Shown piece by piece: positions 49,819 to 64,000 of a stretch of DNA of 64,000 nucleotides. Positions within the stretch are counted from its first letter, which is position 1, and every line of letters begins with the position of its first letter. Source of the DNA: Eledone cirrhosa (lineage: Eukaryota). A program made the position numbers and the translations under genes. The notes under the pieces are model-generated. The model did no database searches, had not been told where the DNA came from, and was given only the letters and a program-made list of their open reading frames with translations. The DNA is taken from the NCBI GenBank assembly GCA_964016885.1, contig OZ024742.1, positions 275,528,001 through 275,592,000 of the forward strand, read 5' to 3'.

Positions 49819-52485
49819 TCATCATCATCATCATCACCGTTTTACGTCCGTTCTTCCACGCTAGCATGGGTTAGACGGGTTGTCCTGTTGTGGGCAGTGT
49901 CTGGTCGGCTGACCATGCCTTGCTCATACAGGAACTGATCTGGCTTGATTTCTACAGCTGGATGCCCTTCCTAACACCAACCTCATTTACAGTGAGTGCT
50001 GGGTGCTTTTTCGTGGCGCCTACACGTCCACTTTACAGTGTGGGCTGGGTGCTTTTTTGCCGTGGCACCTCCACGGCCACCTTGCGGTGGGGGGGGGGGC
50101 ATATTGTTTATATGCTTCAGCATGTACCCATGGGAGGTCGGGTACCCTGTATTACTGCGTGACGCCAGAAGTCACGGTCGTGTGTCATTGACTTTGAGAG
50201 GTGTAGTTGGGTAAGGTCGGCTTTTATCACCTCATCCCAAGTCATCTTGGGTCTCCCCACTCCGCGGTTTCCATCAACTTCTAGTGCTCTGCACCTTTTT
50301 ATGCAGCTGTCATCCTTCATACGCATCACATGTCCATACCAGCGTAACCGCCTCTCCTGCACGCAGCATTTGATTCCTCTTATGCTCAGTCTCTCTCTCA
50401 ATTCCTTTATGCTTTGTCGTTCACGTATATTACTGTTACACATCCATCGGAGCATGCAGGCTTCGTTTCTCTCTAATCTACGTAAGTCTTCCACCTTCAG
50501 CGCCCAGGTCTCACTACCATGCAACATCGCTGTTCGGATACACGCATCATACAGTCTGCCTTTCATTCTGAGGGAGAAGCCTTTTGCAGCTAGCAGTGGT
50601 AGTAGTTCCCTAAACTTCTTCCATCCCGTTCTTACCCTAGTTATTGTACTTTCTGAGCACCCACCTCCGTTGCTAATTCGGTCACCTAGGTAGCAGAAGC
50701 TGTCTACTGTTTCTACAGGGCCCTCCCAGAGATTGGTGGTACTTGTTTCCTGTGGCTGTTTGCTTGCTGTTTCAGCACAGCTGCTGCATGTGAATGCTAC
50801 ATTCTTAATTAAGCTTCCTGAGATCCCGCTACATCTCTTGTGTACCCATTGTTTGCATTTGGGGCAGAGAATGGAGTTCCTACCTACACCTTTCCTACAT
50901 ACTGAGCAAGGCCATTTCCCTGAGGGGATCTGGGTTCTGTTTTCTCGTCTACTTACAAGGACCTTAGTCTTTGTCATGTTGACTTTGAGGCCCTTTCTCT
51001 CTAGTCCCTGCTTCCAGGTTTGGAATTTATTCTCTAGTTCTACCATAGATTCAGCTATGAGTGCGAGGTCATCAGCATACAGGAGTTCCCATGGGCATCC
51101 GGTCTTAAACTCCTCCGTTATTGCCTGCAGGACTATGATGAACAGGAGAGGGCTAAGAACAGAGCCCTGGTGGACCCCAACCTGTACGCTAAATTCCTCG
51201 CTATACTCATTGCCAATCCTAACTTTGCTGACTGCTCCCCTATACATGGCTTGTACCGCTTTCACAAGCCATTCATCTACTCCTAGTTTTCTAAGAGCCC
51301 ACCAGATTACTGCACGTGGAACTCTGTCAAAGGCTTTCTCAAGGTCGACAAATGCCAAGTAGAGTGGCTTACTTTTAGCTAGGTACTTTTCCTGTAATTG
51401 CCTCACAAGGAAGAGGGCATCAGTGGTGCCTTTCCCTGGTACAAACCCAAATTGCATCTCGTCTATATTCACCCGGTCCCTAATCAGCTGTGCTATAACT
51501 CTTTCTGTTACTTTCATGACCTGGTCCATCAACTTTATACCTCTATAGTTTCCTCTATCTAGTGCATCGCCTTTACCTTTGTAGCAGTTGACAATGATGC
51601 TACTGCACCAATCTTTTGGTATGGCCCCCTCTAGTATTACCTGGTTAACGATACGTGTGGTTATAGTGTGACCTACAGAGCCAGATGCCTTCAGCATCTC
51701 GGCAGCTATACCCGATGGACCGGTTGCCTTCCCTATCTTCATATCTCTGATTGCCTTACTTACTACGCTGCCGCTGACTTGTACTGCTGGTCCCTCTATA
51801 GGGTCTACGTGGGGTAGGGTCTCTTCTTCCCATGCATTCTCCTCATTTAGTAATCTATCATAATGACTCTTCCATGCATCTTTCTTCTCAGCACTTGTGA
51901 GGGCAAGCTCACCTTTATCATTCCGGATACACTTCTCTCCAATGACATCACAACTATCTCTGACACACTGCCTCGCAATCTTGAATACCTCCTGTTTCTG
52001 GTCCTCACGTTGTAAAACATGCTTGAATTTTCTATCCTCTGCTTCCCTCCTAGCTAAGTATACTTGTCGCCTAGCTTCCCTCTTGGTCTCTATGTAATGT
52101 ACCCTTCTCCCCCCGTTCTTCCATTCTTTCCATGCCTGTCTCTTGGCCTTGACTGCTTCATCTACCTTATTGTTCCACCACCAAGTCACTCTCCTCCTGC
52201 TTGAGGTCTTACTCCAGCCACAAACCTCATCCGTCGCCTCTAGTAAGTTATTTTTTAGGAACTCCCAGTTCTCTTCTACGTTAAATGTCTCTATCTGTTC
52301 TTCTTTACTGTCGTAGGCGTTGAGTAAAATATCTTTAAATCTGTTACTGGTTGAGGGGACTTTCAGCTTCCAGATCTTTCTTCTCCAGGTTGGCCTCTGT
52401 TTCAGGGCTCGTCTAGTTCTGACCGTGAGGTCGCTGACAACTAAGCTATGTTGGGATGTACATTCCTCACTAGGGAAGGCTTTTG
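49817..52485 (-). mobile_element. Young 5'-truncated RTE-clade LINE with (GAT)n tail
   Basis: Uninterrupted ORF, 3' UTR at 49836-50116, (CAT)n on plus at 49817-49835. Confidence 0.92.
50117..52485 (-). CDS. RTE reverse transcriptase with inserted PHD-like zinc finger (APE domain truncated)
   Basis: NYRGIKL, QFGFVPGKGTTDA, FVDLEKAFDRV, GVHQGSVLSP, LLYADD, WPCSVC..CPKCKQWVHKRC..CSSC, MLHGSETW, RLRWYGH. Confidence 0.92.
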
Positions 52486-53206
52486 TGTTTATATATATAT
52501 ATATTATATGTATATCATATGTATACACGCACACACACACAATATATATATATTTTTTATATATATTTTATGTGTATTTGGTGTATACGTTCGTATGTGT
52601 GCAGGTACAGGCGTTGCGTGGGTTCTGTATGTGCGTGCAGGTTTTTTTCTTTGTTTACGTGCTTGCATTTGCACACCCATGGCGTGTGTTTTCGCGTATG
52701 CTTGTGTATGTACGTATTTGGATGCGTGTATGTATATATTTAATTTCAATTACCTCTGTATTTTATTTACTTTATTCTTAACTCTGAAGCCGAGAATCAT
52801 TCGGTTTCCTAAATAGAATATTAGTCTACGACTTCATTTACACCATAAACGTGGTTTTGTCTTTGCGTGTAATTGTTTTCACTGCACCAAATAATGACGT
52901 ATTATCTTCGTTTTTTCCGTTCTTTGCAAGGGAACGTTTCCACGAACCAAAATATCGTCTTCCTCTCTTCCTTCGGTTGCAACGTTTTTGAAATATTTAC
53001 TTCTGCGTTCACAGATTGACTTTTTTAGTTTTAAAGGATTCCGTTAAGGGTGAAAGCAGCGATTCTTTGCTTAAACTTTAATCTGTTATTTTTATAAATA
53101 TTTGCTCTACGGTTCTTATATATCTGATATATATTTATCCTTATCGAGCCCTCTTTGGATTTTAGTCTTCAAATTTATTATTATTACTATATGTGTGTGT
53201 GTGTGT

Positions 53207-53285
<79 letters not shown>

Positions 53286-53347
53286 CGAGTCTGTATATGA
53301 GCATGTAGGCAGGCGTCTGTGTATGCGTATGTCTATAGTTTTATATA

Positions 53348-53461
53348 TATATTAATAAAAGGAATTCCAACTTTGTCTGATTTACTTTACTCGTTTTATT
53401 TACAATCCTTTAAAATTATAATGGTATTAGAATGAAATAGTATGGTAGAATATTAAATGTT
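53348..53461 (-). repeat. Third copy of the foldback-D arm
   Basis: Nearly identical to 49185-49292. Confidence 0.9.
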
Positions 53462-55760
53462 TGACATCCAGTTTGACATAGAAAGTTACTATGCATAGAA
53501 AGTTACTATGCTCCTTACGGCCGCCTTGGACTTTGCCAAAACACGCGCCCCCATCACCGACCAGGAAAGAAATCATTCTCCACGCCAGAAAGACAGTCCT
53601 ACTTTTCGACAACTCTAAGTGGATAAAGAGAGCTCCCGACTCCCGCTTCGACGTCAGCATTGGTGCGACTGATTCGGCCGAGGTCACTGATCTTATAGGA
53701 TTATCCTACTATTTAAACTCACCGAAATGTTTCCCGCATTCGGCGGTGGATTATACCGAGACGATGGGCTCCTTACCCTCAAAGGGTACAACCCCAGTAA
53801 TACAGACCGAGTCCGTAAACAACTTATCAACTTTTTCCGGGAATGGGGATTTAAAATCACCCTACAAACCCGAGTAAATTTCCTGGACGTTACTCTCAAC
53901 CACGAAAATGATCTGTACTACCCATACAGGAAACCAAACGACAACCTGCACTACATCCACCGCCGCTCTAACCATCATAGAAACATCACCAATAATCTGG
54001 TTAAAAACATCTTCCTCCGCATATCTCGTGTTCCGCTAATGAGCAGATATTCGACGAACATGCGCCTCATTACAACCACGCCCTCAAGCGGAGTGACTTC
54101 CGGGAGGAAATATCCTTTTATCCAGCTTCCCTTAGCGGAACCAGCGGCGACGCCGCCGCTCACGTAACGTGGTTCAAATCTCCCCACAATGCCTAGGTGA
54201 CAACAGCTATCGGGAAAATCTTCTTTAGACTCCTCGAAAAACACTTTTCACCACAACACCGCTACCACAACATAATCAACAAAAACACTAACAAGCTATC
54301 CTACAGCACCACACCTAACTTCGCACAAAACATCGTCTCCTCAAACAACAAAAAACTCAACCGCTATGGAAGAAACCGCCTAGAAATTAGTGGAAAGCCG
54401 ACCAGAGGTGTAACTGCCCTGATAGATCTACGTGCCCCCTCAACTACAGATGCCGAGAACGTAACGTGATCTATCAATGAAACGTGAGGACGGACACCTC
54501 CAACAAAGCTTATATAGGATTAACCGCTTGTGACTTTAAGACCCGGCTCTACCAACACCGACATACGTTCCGAAACCCGGTCCGGCGACATGCCACCACA
54601 CTTTCGGCCCATATCTGGGACCTCCAAGATAATAATATAACTTACCATCTTACTTGGAGCTTACTGTCCAGAGCTAACTCTTACACGGGAGGACGCCGTC
54701 CGTGTAACTTCTGCTCGGAGGAAACATTACAAATGCTGTTTACGAAGGATCCACTCCTAAACAAAAAAGACGAACTGGTAACTGCATGCAAACACAGATT
54801 GCGGAAGACTTACCTCGCCCTCAAACCCCCTAACGATCCAGGTGGGTAGACAAGGGCTGAAACACCCCACTTGCCGAATAAGATAGGGAAAACCCCAACT
54901 TATATAGGTAGATGTACCTCATTCTTTTTCCTCTATGGTTTCTTCTTCCCTTTGTCTCCTCCTATCACTTCTTTCCACCACCGCTTTTCTTCCTCGTTCG
55001 TTTCTTTGGTTTTTTTCCCCCTTTCACCTAACCCGAGGCAGCCCATCGGGCCTCTTTAGCCTCAGTACCCCAACCCCAGTAACTTATAGATAGCTTTCGC
55101 CGATTACGTTATACTAACTATTCATAGCAGCTGTGTTAGACCCCAGAGATGTGGTATTAATTTTTAATATCCAATTCTAAATTTTCAATAATTCTCATCT
55201 GGCAACTCATTCTATAGCATTGGCCGAAAAAGCATAACCAACTAAATATAACAGCTGTGTTAGACTCCTTAGTTTTTGTTTTATTTCACTTCTCACTTTC
55301 CAATCTTACATTCTGATATATCTTTCTCTCAATTATTATTATATTCTTTTTTATTATATTTTTCAATGTCCTCTAATCCCATTTGATTTACCAATTCTAT
55401 AACGTCCCTCCTACTTTTTTCTAAAGAAACCTTTTTCGCCTACCTCCTCTGGCCTACTTTCATACACATTCCTTAGAATTTGCCGTGTAGATTTCACCTT
55501 CAACGCTTGACCGGCTCTACCCACTCCCCTATCGTTCTACAGGCAAGTTCAGCCACCCCCACCCCGCACCCACTGTCATGATAGACTTTTCTGTCTGCTA
55601 CAAATTTTGATCAATCCTCTTGACTACTACAATCTTCCCATATAAGGAAGTACCCCTTGAAAAGTTCGGGTATCTATTTACCAGACTAAAAAAACTCTTA
55701 CTTTAGTCCAGAAATAGCCGTCGAAACGGCTCAAGCTCTGTCGTCGCGGTCATACTTTCT

Positions 55761-55762
<2 letters not shown>
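53462..55762 (+). mobile_element. Penelope-like element (Nematis-like, tentative), 5'-truncated, frameshifted RT + GIY-YIG + 3' UTR
   Basis: IQFDIESYY, FDVSIGATDSAE, GGLYRDDGL, VNFLDVTL, CNCPDRSTCPLNYRC, KAYIGLT, CNFC, ACKH. Confidence 0.92.
55652..55750 (+). ncRNA. Type I hammerhead (U3-A8), homolog of 44311-44404; inverted 3' half-copy at 55797-55850
   Basis: ACCCC-TTGAAAA-..GACTAAA..TTTAGTC..-GAAA-CGGC..GTCG-TC-GCGGT. Confidence 0.72.
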
Positions 55763-55798
<36 letters not shown>

Positions 55799-55848
55799 AA
55801 CGAGTGGGACCCCGACGGCTGAGCTCAAGCCGTTTCGACGGCTAATTC

Positions 55849-55929
<81 letters not shown>

Positions 55930-55996
55930 AAACAATGAAATTAAATACAAAACGGTTAATTCATAGTAAAACACATTACATTGAAGAAAAAAATAG

Positions 55997-56251
<255 letters not shown>

Positions 56252-56663
56252 TGTACAGTTTCGGTGGTCAGTATGCAACAATCTTATATCATAGAGATGC
56301 AACATTCTTGTGAGGTAAGCCAGGTTTTCAAGGGAACACCTCAGGGAAAGAGTGATTCCAGACACGTCCGTAGCAAGCGAGAAAATCTCAAAAAGGCGGA
56401 CGGAGATATTATCACGTGATATACCGGTAAAGAAAGGGGACTAAATCCCTTGTAGCAGTGAAAAATATCTCGGAAGACGGAGGGAGATATTGATATGATA
56501 CCGAGGCTGATACTGAGGCTACAGATGGGTGGTAAGGTTGACTTAAAGTGTTTATAGTGTTGGCTTAAAAGCAGTTTCTATAATTCCGTGGTTACTCTAC
56601 CGTGAGGGAGTTTGAGACAATAATGAGAGGTACGCACATATATGTGCATACAACATACACATG

Positions 56664-56812
<149 letters not shown>

Positions 56813-57283
56813 CCTATTTGCAACAACACAGTTCGCCATTTCTCTTCCCTTACTGCTATCCTCTTTCTCTCTCCCCTTTCTCTCTCCTTCCCCCTATTAC
56901 TTTCACTCACCCTCTCTGCTAATCACCCTCTCTCGGCTAGCCTCTTCCTCACACTTTCACTCACTTACTCTCTGCTACTCACCCTCTCTCTCACTTCCTC
57001 CATCGTCCCACACCGTACAAGATTCTTTTCTCGCTCACATCCGCACGGCCAAGATGTGTCTTTGCCTTCTCGTCAATATTCGCAAGTTCTTATGTTCAAA
57101 ATGAATTATTGACTTGATTTTCTCATTTTTTCCTCGCTTTACGTTGCCTCACCATTCGTGTTTGTTTACCTGTCTCTCTTTTTCCACCCAACTCTTTTTA
57201 TCCCAATAACTTAATTTAGTTATTGTATCGCCCTAGCTTGATGTATATGGTCTGTAATGCGAAGAAATACCTATGATGGCTAG

Positions 57284-57325
57284 TAGACCACTGATGACGG
57301 ATATTCATATATATATATGGTCCAC
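57284..57325 (+). ncRNA. Decayed hammerhead (GAAA box deleted)
   Basis: GACCA-CTGATGA-CGGATATTC..TATATA-TA-TGGTC. Confidence 0.4.
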
Positions 57326-57389
57326 CTGGTTCCTTACCACATTTCCTTCGTTATATATATATATATATATATATATCATATATATAATT

Positions 57390-58434
57390 AAATGATATTA
57401 AATAAATGGAAACTATATTTATAAAACCATATTTATTCTATTATATATATGTCAAGGGTACCAAAAACTTTGGTACGCTTTCATCAGATAAAATACAAAG
57501 TGTGTTTTATAAATTTTGACATAGCCAAGGAACATACCTTATCGGTTGAAGTTTTCCTTGGAAAGTGGACTTAGAGACAGATTTTTCAAAATTGTTAAGA
57601 TGTGTATGCAAATGAATATGAATATGTAAATAAGATTGAGGTATATGTTTTAAAAAAGGTTATTTTAGACGCTATGGAGAATTTAGATATGTGTTTGTAT
57701 TAGTAGGAAAGAAAGAAAAGGAAGAAAAGAAAAAAGAGAAAAAGGAAAAAAGAAAAGAAGACCTTAAAAATTACGTTAATTTGGAGGAAAGAAATTTGAA
57801 TATTTACCTATATTATGTATATACTTATATGGAGAATTTCGTTTGTAAGTATTTATCTTATTACAATTTTGTAGTAGGTTATATGTATAAATATCTGCAT
57901 ATATTAATAATTGCATATGTATTAGTACTAAAGAGATATAGAAAATTTACAATTATTAGTTGTTTATAATATGAGTTACGAGGGAAGTTGATTTTGTGTT
58001 TTATGTAAATAAATAGGTATTTCAAGTTATGAGATGAGAACAATATAGATTTGAATATTTTGTTCAGCATTGAAAATGTTTTTATAATATTAATTTAGTG
58101 AGGTTACATATATAGTAAATTTACACGATTGAGAAAGGAAAGATAACTTCAATTTCGTTTGTTCATCGATAAATTTGAAGAGTGATTTAGGAAATTAAAT
58201 ATTATTTAGTGTGAGATTAATTATTTTAATCGAAAGATGTGTGAATGTTTGAAAATCAAAAGATGACATGCTTATCTAAGAAACTATCGTGTAGAGGATA
58301 ACATTTTCTAGTGTCAGTTAATTTTTCTAGTGTCAAACTACATCTAAAAAATATTATCTTTAGAGGGTGTCATTAGAAAAATAATAATGTAAGAATTAAA
58401 AAATTAAAAATTAAAAATTAAAATTATATACATA

Positions 58435-58440
<6 letters not shown>
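57390..58440 (-). repeat. PLE-type terminal segment; left arm of a ~1-kb inverted repeat with 62680-63681
   Basis: Colinear reverse complement including the hammerhead (GAAA mutated to GACA here). Confidence 0.9.
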
Positions 58441-58499
<59 letters not shown>

Positions 58500-58510
<11 letters not shown>

Positions 58511-59457
58511 CCTGAAAGGTAAAGGTATTACAAATATTAGTGATATTCACATTTAGAAATATTAAAATATTAACAGTATTAATAATTTTAAATTGTTATA
58601 GAGGATAAGATCATTTTGAAGGATTATAGGAATATTATAAATTAAACATAGTTTTGAACGTTGAATTTTGGCGATGTCTACAAGGAAAAAATAACTCTGT
58701 CCTGAGATTAATAGAGTTTTGACAGTTAATTATATAGAAAAATTTCTTCGATACATAATTTACAGAATCTTGATAAAGCCATATTTCGGTACGCAGGTGC
58801 TTTTAAAATCGTTTTCCAAGATATTCAATAGTCTATATTCTTGCATTTTAAGTTCCATATAAGATGTGAAAGTGAAGTAGAAGATTTTTTATCAGATCTT
58901 TTAAAAGAATGATTATGGTTATTCCAGCGTTCTTTAAATTTTGTAGAAGTGGCTCTAACATAGTTAAATATTTTATCTCTAGTTTTAACTGTGCATTTAT
59001 AAACTACGTTTTTATCTAAACAATTATTTTGTAAAGGGCAGTTTGATTTGATTCTACAGTTCCATTTTATGGAGTTGTTGTTGCTCGGAACGGTACTATT
59101 ATACTGGATATTGCTAGAAATATTATTATTGCTATTTTGGTTATTTTGGTTAGGGTTTAAATTTAAGTTTCTATTATTAATTCTATGTTCATAGTAGTAG
59201 AGTAGGATAGTTTTATAGTATGCCTGTTAAAAATAGAGTGGTATCTGTGAGCTTTAGGAAAACATTTATCTAGTGCTTTAAAGAATAGCTTTGCTAAACA
59301 TGTTTTAACGCTTAATGAAAATGGGGATGAGTACCAAATAATATTTCTACTTCTAGTTCTTTTGATTGTTTTAGAGTTTAGGTTAAATTGTTTATTATTA
59401 TTATAATTAATACTAGGATGATTTGCCATGTTATTGTTATCAATGTATTTAATTTTA
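58500..59457 (-). mobile_element. Penelope-like element fragment (WYSSPFS, linker, GIY-YIG)
   Basis: RSRNIIWYSSPFS..HRYHSIFNRHTIKLSYST, NC..CPLQNNC, NVVYKCTV, FCKLCIEE. Confidence 0.82.
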
Positions 59458-59888
59458 TTCCGGTTGGTTGGTTGGTTCCACAACCAGATGATTGTTTATA
59501 TATTGACAAAGTTCTTTCGTCACACCCTCTGTGACCTCTTCAATGACTGGGGATTCTTTTCTTTGTTTTTGTGCCTCTCCTTTGTTCTGTCCTACGCCAT
59601 CTTGTTTTTGTGTGTGTTGTGGGCACACAACACACACAAAAACAAGATGGCGTAGGACAGAACAAAGGAGAGGCACAAAAACAAAGAAAAGAATCCCCAG
59701 TCACTGAAGAGGTCACAGAATGTGTGACGAAAGAACTTTGACAATATATAAACAATCATCTGGTTGTGGAACCAACCAACCAACCGGAAATTTATAAATT
59801 CCTAAATTTATAAATTTATTATAATAAATTGAAGTGAAAGCAACTGGTGCGTGTGTTTCTTATTGGCAACATGACCCTCCCAAAGTAT

Positions 59889-59893
<5 letters not shown>
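59458..59893 (+). mobile_element. Foldback mini-element E (~164-bp arms, 4-nt loop, ~100-nt tail, then (TA)n)
   Basis: 59458-59621 is the reverse complement of 59626-59789. Confidence 0.92.
59700..59742 (+). ncRNA. Minimal type I hammerhead
   Basis: GTCA-CTGAAGA-gGTCACA gaatg TGTGAC-GAAA-GAAC-TT-TGAC. Confidence 0.78.
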
Positions 59894-59939
<46 letters not shown>

Positions 59940-61069
59940 GGAGGTGAGTTTTATTGTAGTACAATAAAGCAATTCAGATATCGGATAAGAAGCACTCTAC
60001 AGTTTGTAGGACTGGAGTATAAATAATATATAAGATCACTTGACTTGTTTTCTCTCTGCTTGCATAAATTCCACAGAACATTCCATAAAGTATACAACTA
60101 ATATCTAATACTTTATCAATTTAAAATCCTTTTCTCAAAGGCACATATATATATATACATATATATTTCTTTAAAAATATACCCATCTTTCTACCTTATT
60201 TCAAAGTTATTTATTATACATTATATAATACTAGTTACTCATTGTATATCACTCATATTTATCACTTCCCTTTCTTTCTTTTTTCCTTTTCTTTTCTTTT
60301 TTCTTTTTCTTTTTCTTTTAATTTCTAACCTCTAATCTGTACCTTTCTTCCTAGATACTTCTCAATTATCATTGTGCCTAATGTAGAAACAATTATTACA
60401 CAGCACAATATATTCTTACTTTATATCACCTTGAAAAAAATCTTTCGTAAACATAAACATTTTTTGACGTTAGATTATTCATCCTCAATTCATTATTTTT
60501 TTCTCCCTTTCATGCTCATCTAACTTATTCATCCAATCTTCTACTTCTTTCACAATATATCCTTACTTACATTGCTATTGCTATATTTTTTTTTTTTCTT
60601 AATAATACATATCAACAATTTCTTTTCATCGCACATATTATTAAACCCTTAAATATTATTCTTAATACATATTAACAATTTCTTTTCATCGCACATATTA
60701 TTAAACCCTTCAATATACAAACCTTAACTTAACATTATTTTTCTCTTCGTTAATTTTCAAATTCTTTTAATTTATATATTATCTTCCAACGGTTTTTCAA
60801 CCTCTCTATGTAAAACAATATATTTTTTCTCAGTTATAAAAGCTATCTCTCTCTCTCTATCACCCATCTCTCCTCCTATCTCATCCTTCCTCATTATACT
60901 CCTCCCCCTCCACTTTTTACTCTCATCTCCTCCTCTTTTTCATCCTTTCCACCCCTCCCCCCCTCAATTTTTTCCCCAATATTACACATCAATCTAAAAC
61001 TACTTTTCATATGTTGATTTAAAACTGCACTATTCACAAGTGTGTTTTAACCCTCATATCATGTCTCCC

Positions 61070-61140
61070 TATTTTATCTGACGAAAACGCAAATGTTATT
61101 CCATGATGATATTTGTTTTTGAAATGCGCATAATAAAATA
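61070..61140 (+). ncRNA. Type I hammerhead at the end of a PLE-type 3' UTR (~59960-61170)
   Basis: TATTTTAT-CTGACGA-AAAcGCAAATGTTA..TGATATTTGTtTTT-GAAA-TGCGCA-TA-ATAAAATA; 8-bp stem I. Confidence 0.82.
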
Positions 61141-61168
61141 CATGGAACTCTTTTAACCATTTTTTGAT

Positions 61169-61761
<593 letters not shown>

Positions 61762-61777
61762 TATGTATGTATGTATA

Positions 61778-62633
61778 TTCTCTTTCTCTTAATTTCGAGT
61801 ATATTTTTTTGACCGGCCACCTTCCTGGTGGCAAGGTTGTAAAAGAAAAGAAATTGTCATCCCTTGAATCGCAAGAATGTTTTGCAAATTTTGAAGGTGC
61901 CAGCTATCGCAGCCATTTGCAGACTATGAATTACGGAGCTGTGCTTTTTGTCCGCAAATCCAAGTTCAGTCATACTTTGGTCCAAGCGGGTTGGTATATA
62001 ACCCGTAGCACCAATAATGATGGGTATGAAGCTAAAGGTGTATCTTGGATACTGGATTTGTAAACTCCTCATCAATGGTCCGTAGATGTCCTCCTTCTCC
62101 TGTATTTTTCTGACAACGTTTACATCATGTGGGCAGCTGATCTCCACAACAGAACACGTTTTCAATGTGTGGTCCCAAACTACAATATCAGGCCGGTTGT
62201 GCTTTAATTTGGTGGCAGTTTTTATTTTCAGGTTCCACCAGTATTCCTTAGTGCCATCTGTCTCAATATATTCTTCCTCGTTTGTTGTTAATTTTGTTTT
62301 CCGAAGTGCGTTCCAGATGGTTCTAGCTATCCCATCGTGTCTCATGGGGAGGTAGTAGCGAGATGACATTCTTTCGCAGCTGGCAACAATGTGGCTTACA
62401 TCCTCGATCTTTGTTTTACATAGCCTACATTTATTGTCAGCTGCTGGCCCTCCTCTTTTGTGCAGCAGATATTTGGTAGGGAGTTCTTGTTCCTGTATTG
62501 CATAGAGATATCTCTCAAGGTGTGATGTCATAAACTTGTCGGAACTCCATGCCAGGCTTTTTGAGTGGTTTATCCCCTCTATGGTCTGTGTTTTACGCCT
62601 CAAGTATCCATGCACAACTTTTTCTGTAAATTG
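61778..62633 (-). mobile_element. R4/Dong-like REL LINE 3' fragment bounded by (TATG)n
   Basis: ORF 61857-62615: AIQEQE, CRLC..EDVSHIVASC, RHD, HNRPDIVVWD..VVEISCP, PIIIGATG. Confidence 0.9.
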
Positions 62634-62679
62634 GTATGTATGTATGTATGTATGTATGTATGTATGTATGTATGTATAT

Positions 62680-63780
62680 ATATATGTTTATGTATATAAT
62701 TTTAATTTTTAATTTTTAATTTTTAATTCTTACATTATTATTTTTCTAATGACACCCTCTAAAGATATTTTTTAGATGTAGTTTGATAATCATTAACTGA
62801 CACCAGAAATATTTATCCTCTTCACGACAGTTTCTTAGATAAGCACATTACGTATCTCCTCTTTTGATTTTCAAACATTCACCCATCTTTCGACTAAAAT
62901 AATTAATCTCATACTAAATAATATATAATTTCCTAAATCACTCTTCAAATTTATCGATTAACAAACAAAATTGAAGTTATCTTTCCTTTCTCAATCGTGT
63001 AAATTTACTATATATGTAACCTCATTAAATCAATATTATGAAAACATTTTCAATGCTGAACAAAATATTCAAATTTTCTCATCTCATAACTTGAAATTAT
63101 TTATTTACATAAAACACAAAATCAACTCCCTCGTAAACAACTAATAATTGTAAATTTTTCTATATCTTTTAAATTTTCTATATCCCTTTAATACTAATAC
63201 ATATGCAATTATTAATATATACATATAACCGACTACAAAATTGTAATAAGGTAAATACTTACGAACAAAATTCTCCATATATGTATATACATAATATAGG
63301 TAAATATTCAAATTTCTTTCCCCAAATTAAAATAATTTTAAGGTCTTCTTTTCTTTTTTCCTTTTCTTTCTTTCCTACTAATACAAACACATATCTAAAT
63401 TCTCCATAGCGTCTAAAATAACGTTTTTTTAAACATATACTTCAACCTCATTTACATATTCATATTCATTTGCATACTCATCTTATCAATTTTGATAAAT
63501 CTGTCTCTATCCAAGGAAAACTTCAACCGATAAGGGATGATCCTTGGCTATGTCAAAATTTATAAAACACACTTTGTATTTTATCTGATGAAAGCGTACA
63601 AAGGTTTTTGGTACCCTTGAAATATATATAATAGAATAAAAATGGTTTTATATATATAGTTTTCATTTGTTTAATATCATTGAATATTATACTCCAGAAA
63701 AACTGTCGAGTGCTCTGAATCAGTTATAAACATTTATATTTGTTGAATTACCAACAAATTGAATATCACTTCTGCTCATC
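62680..63780 (+). repeat. PLE-type terminal segment, right arm plus ~95-nt unique tail
   Basis: Reverse complement of 57390-58440, followed by sequence absent from the left arm. Confidence 0.9.
63577..63638 (+). ncRNA. Type I hammerhead
   Basis: TATTTTAT-CTGATGA-AAGcGTAC..GTACcCTT-GAAA-TATATA-TA-ATAGAATA. Confidence 0.75.
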
Positions 63781-63790
63781 ATATATATAT

Positions 63791-63859
<69 letters not shown>

Positions 63860-64000
63860 TATATATATCATATATATATATAAATATATCATATATATAT
63901 ATATCATATACATATATATATACATATATATATATATCATATATATATATATGTAAATATATATCCTATATATATATATATCCTATATATATGTACATAT

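Noticed and set aside
50247-51362. Long antisense ORFs opposite LINE RT genes (also 2586-2933 and 7369-7878)
   Set aside because: Shadow ORFs of the coding strand with no independent motifs.
54478-54480. TGA at a Cys position conserved in the other PLE copies (VIYQ*N versus VYQCT/VYKCT), possibly selenocysteine as in Naiad PLEs
   Set aside because: A single instance in an element with several frameshifts; other Cys codons are normal and no convincing SECIS is conserved between the two 3' UTR copies. A consensus check would settle it.
60598-60710. ~60-bp direct tandem duplication
   Set aside because: Ordinary local slippage inside a PLE-type UTR.

Overview
Eukaryotic, AT-rich, microsatellite-dense intergenic or intronic DNA; the SINE and LINE content suggests an octopod cephalopod (inference). 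No host gene is recognisable and almost all coding capacity belongs to mobile elements. The left 11.6 kb is an (ATT/TAA)n tract packed with Dong/R4-type REL LINEs, a near-complete Tx1/L1-clade LINE, its internally deleted twin and a tRNA-derived SINE. The remainder holds CR1 and RTE relics, one young RTE with a PHD-like finger, two Helitrons (A|TC...CTAG|T) and many Penelope-like element (PLE) fragments inserted in (TA)n/(CA)n. The most striking signal is non-coding. There are about 8 intact-looking and about 8 decayed type I hammerhead ribozyme motifs, several with the U3-A8 core variant. Four of them sit in a set of five unrelated ORF-less 0.3-0.7 kb foldback mini-elements that share one architecture: (TA)n or (GA)n, tail-less inverted arm, loop, sense arm, unique 3' tail, (TA)n. 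All calls are from visual motif reading; no searches or folding programs were run, and element boundaries are approximate.
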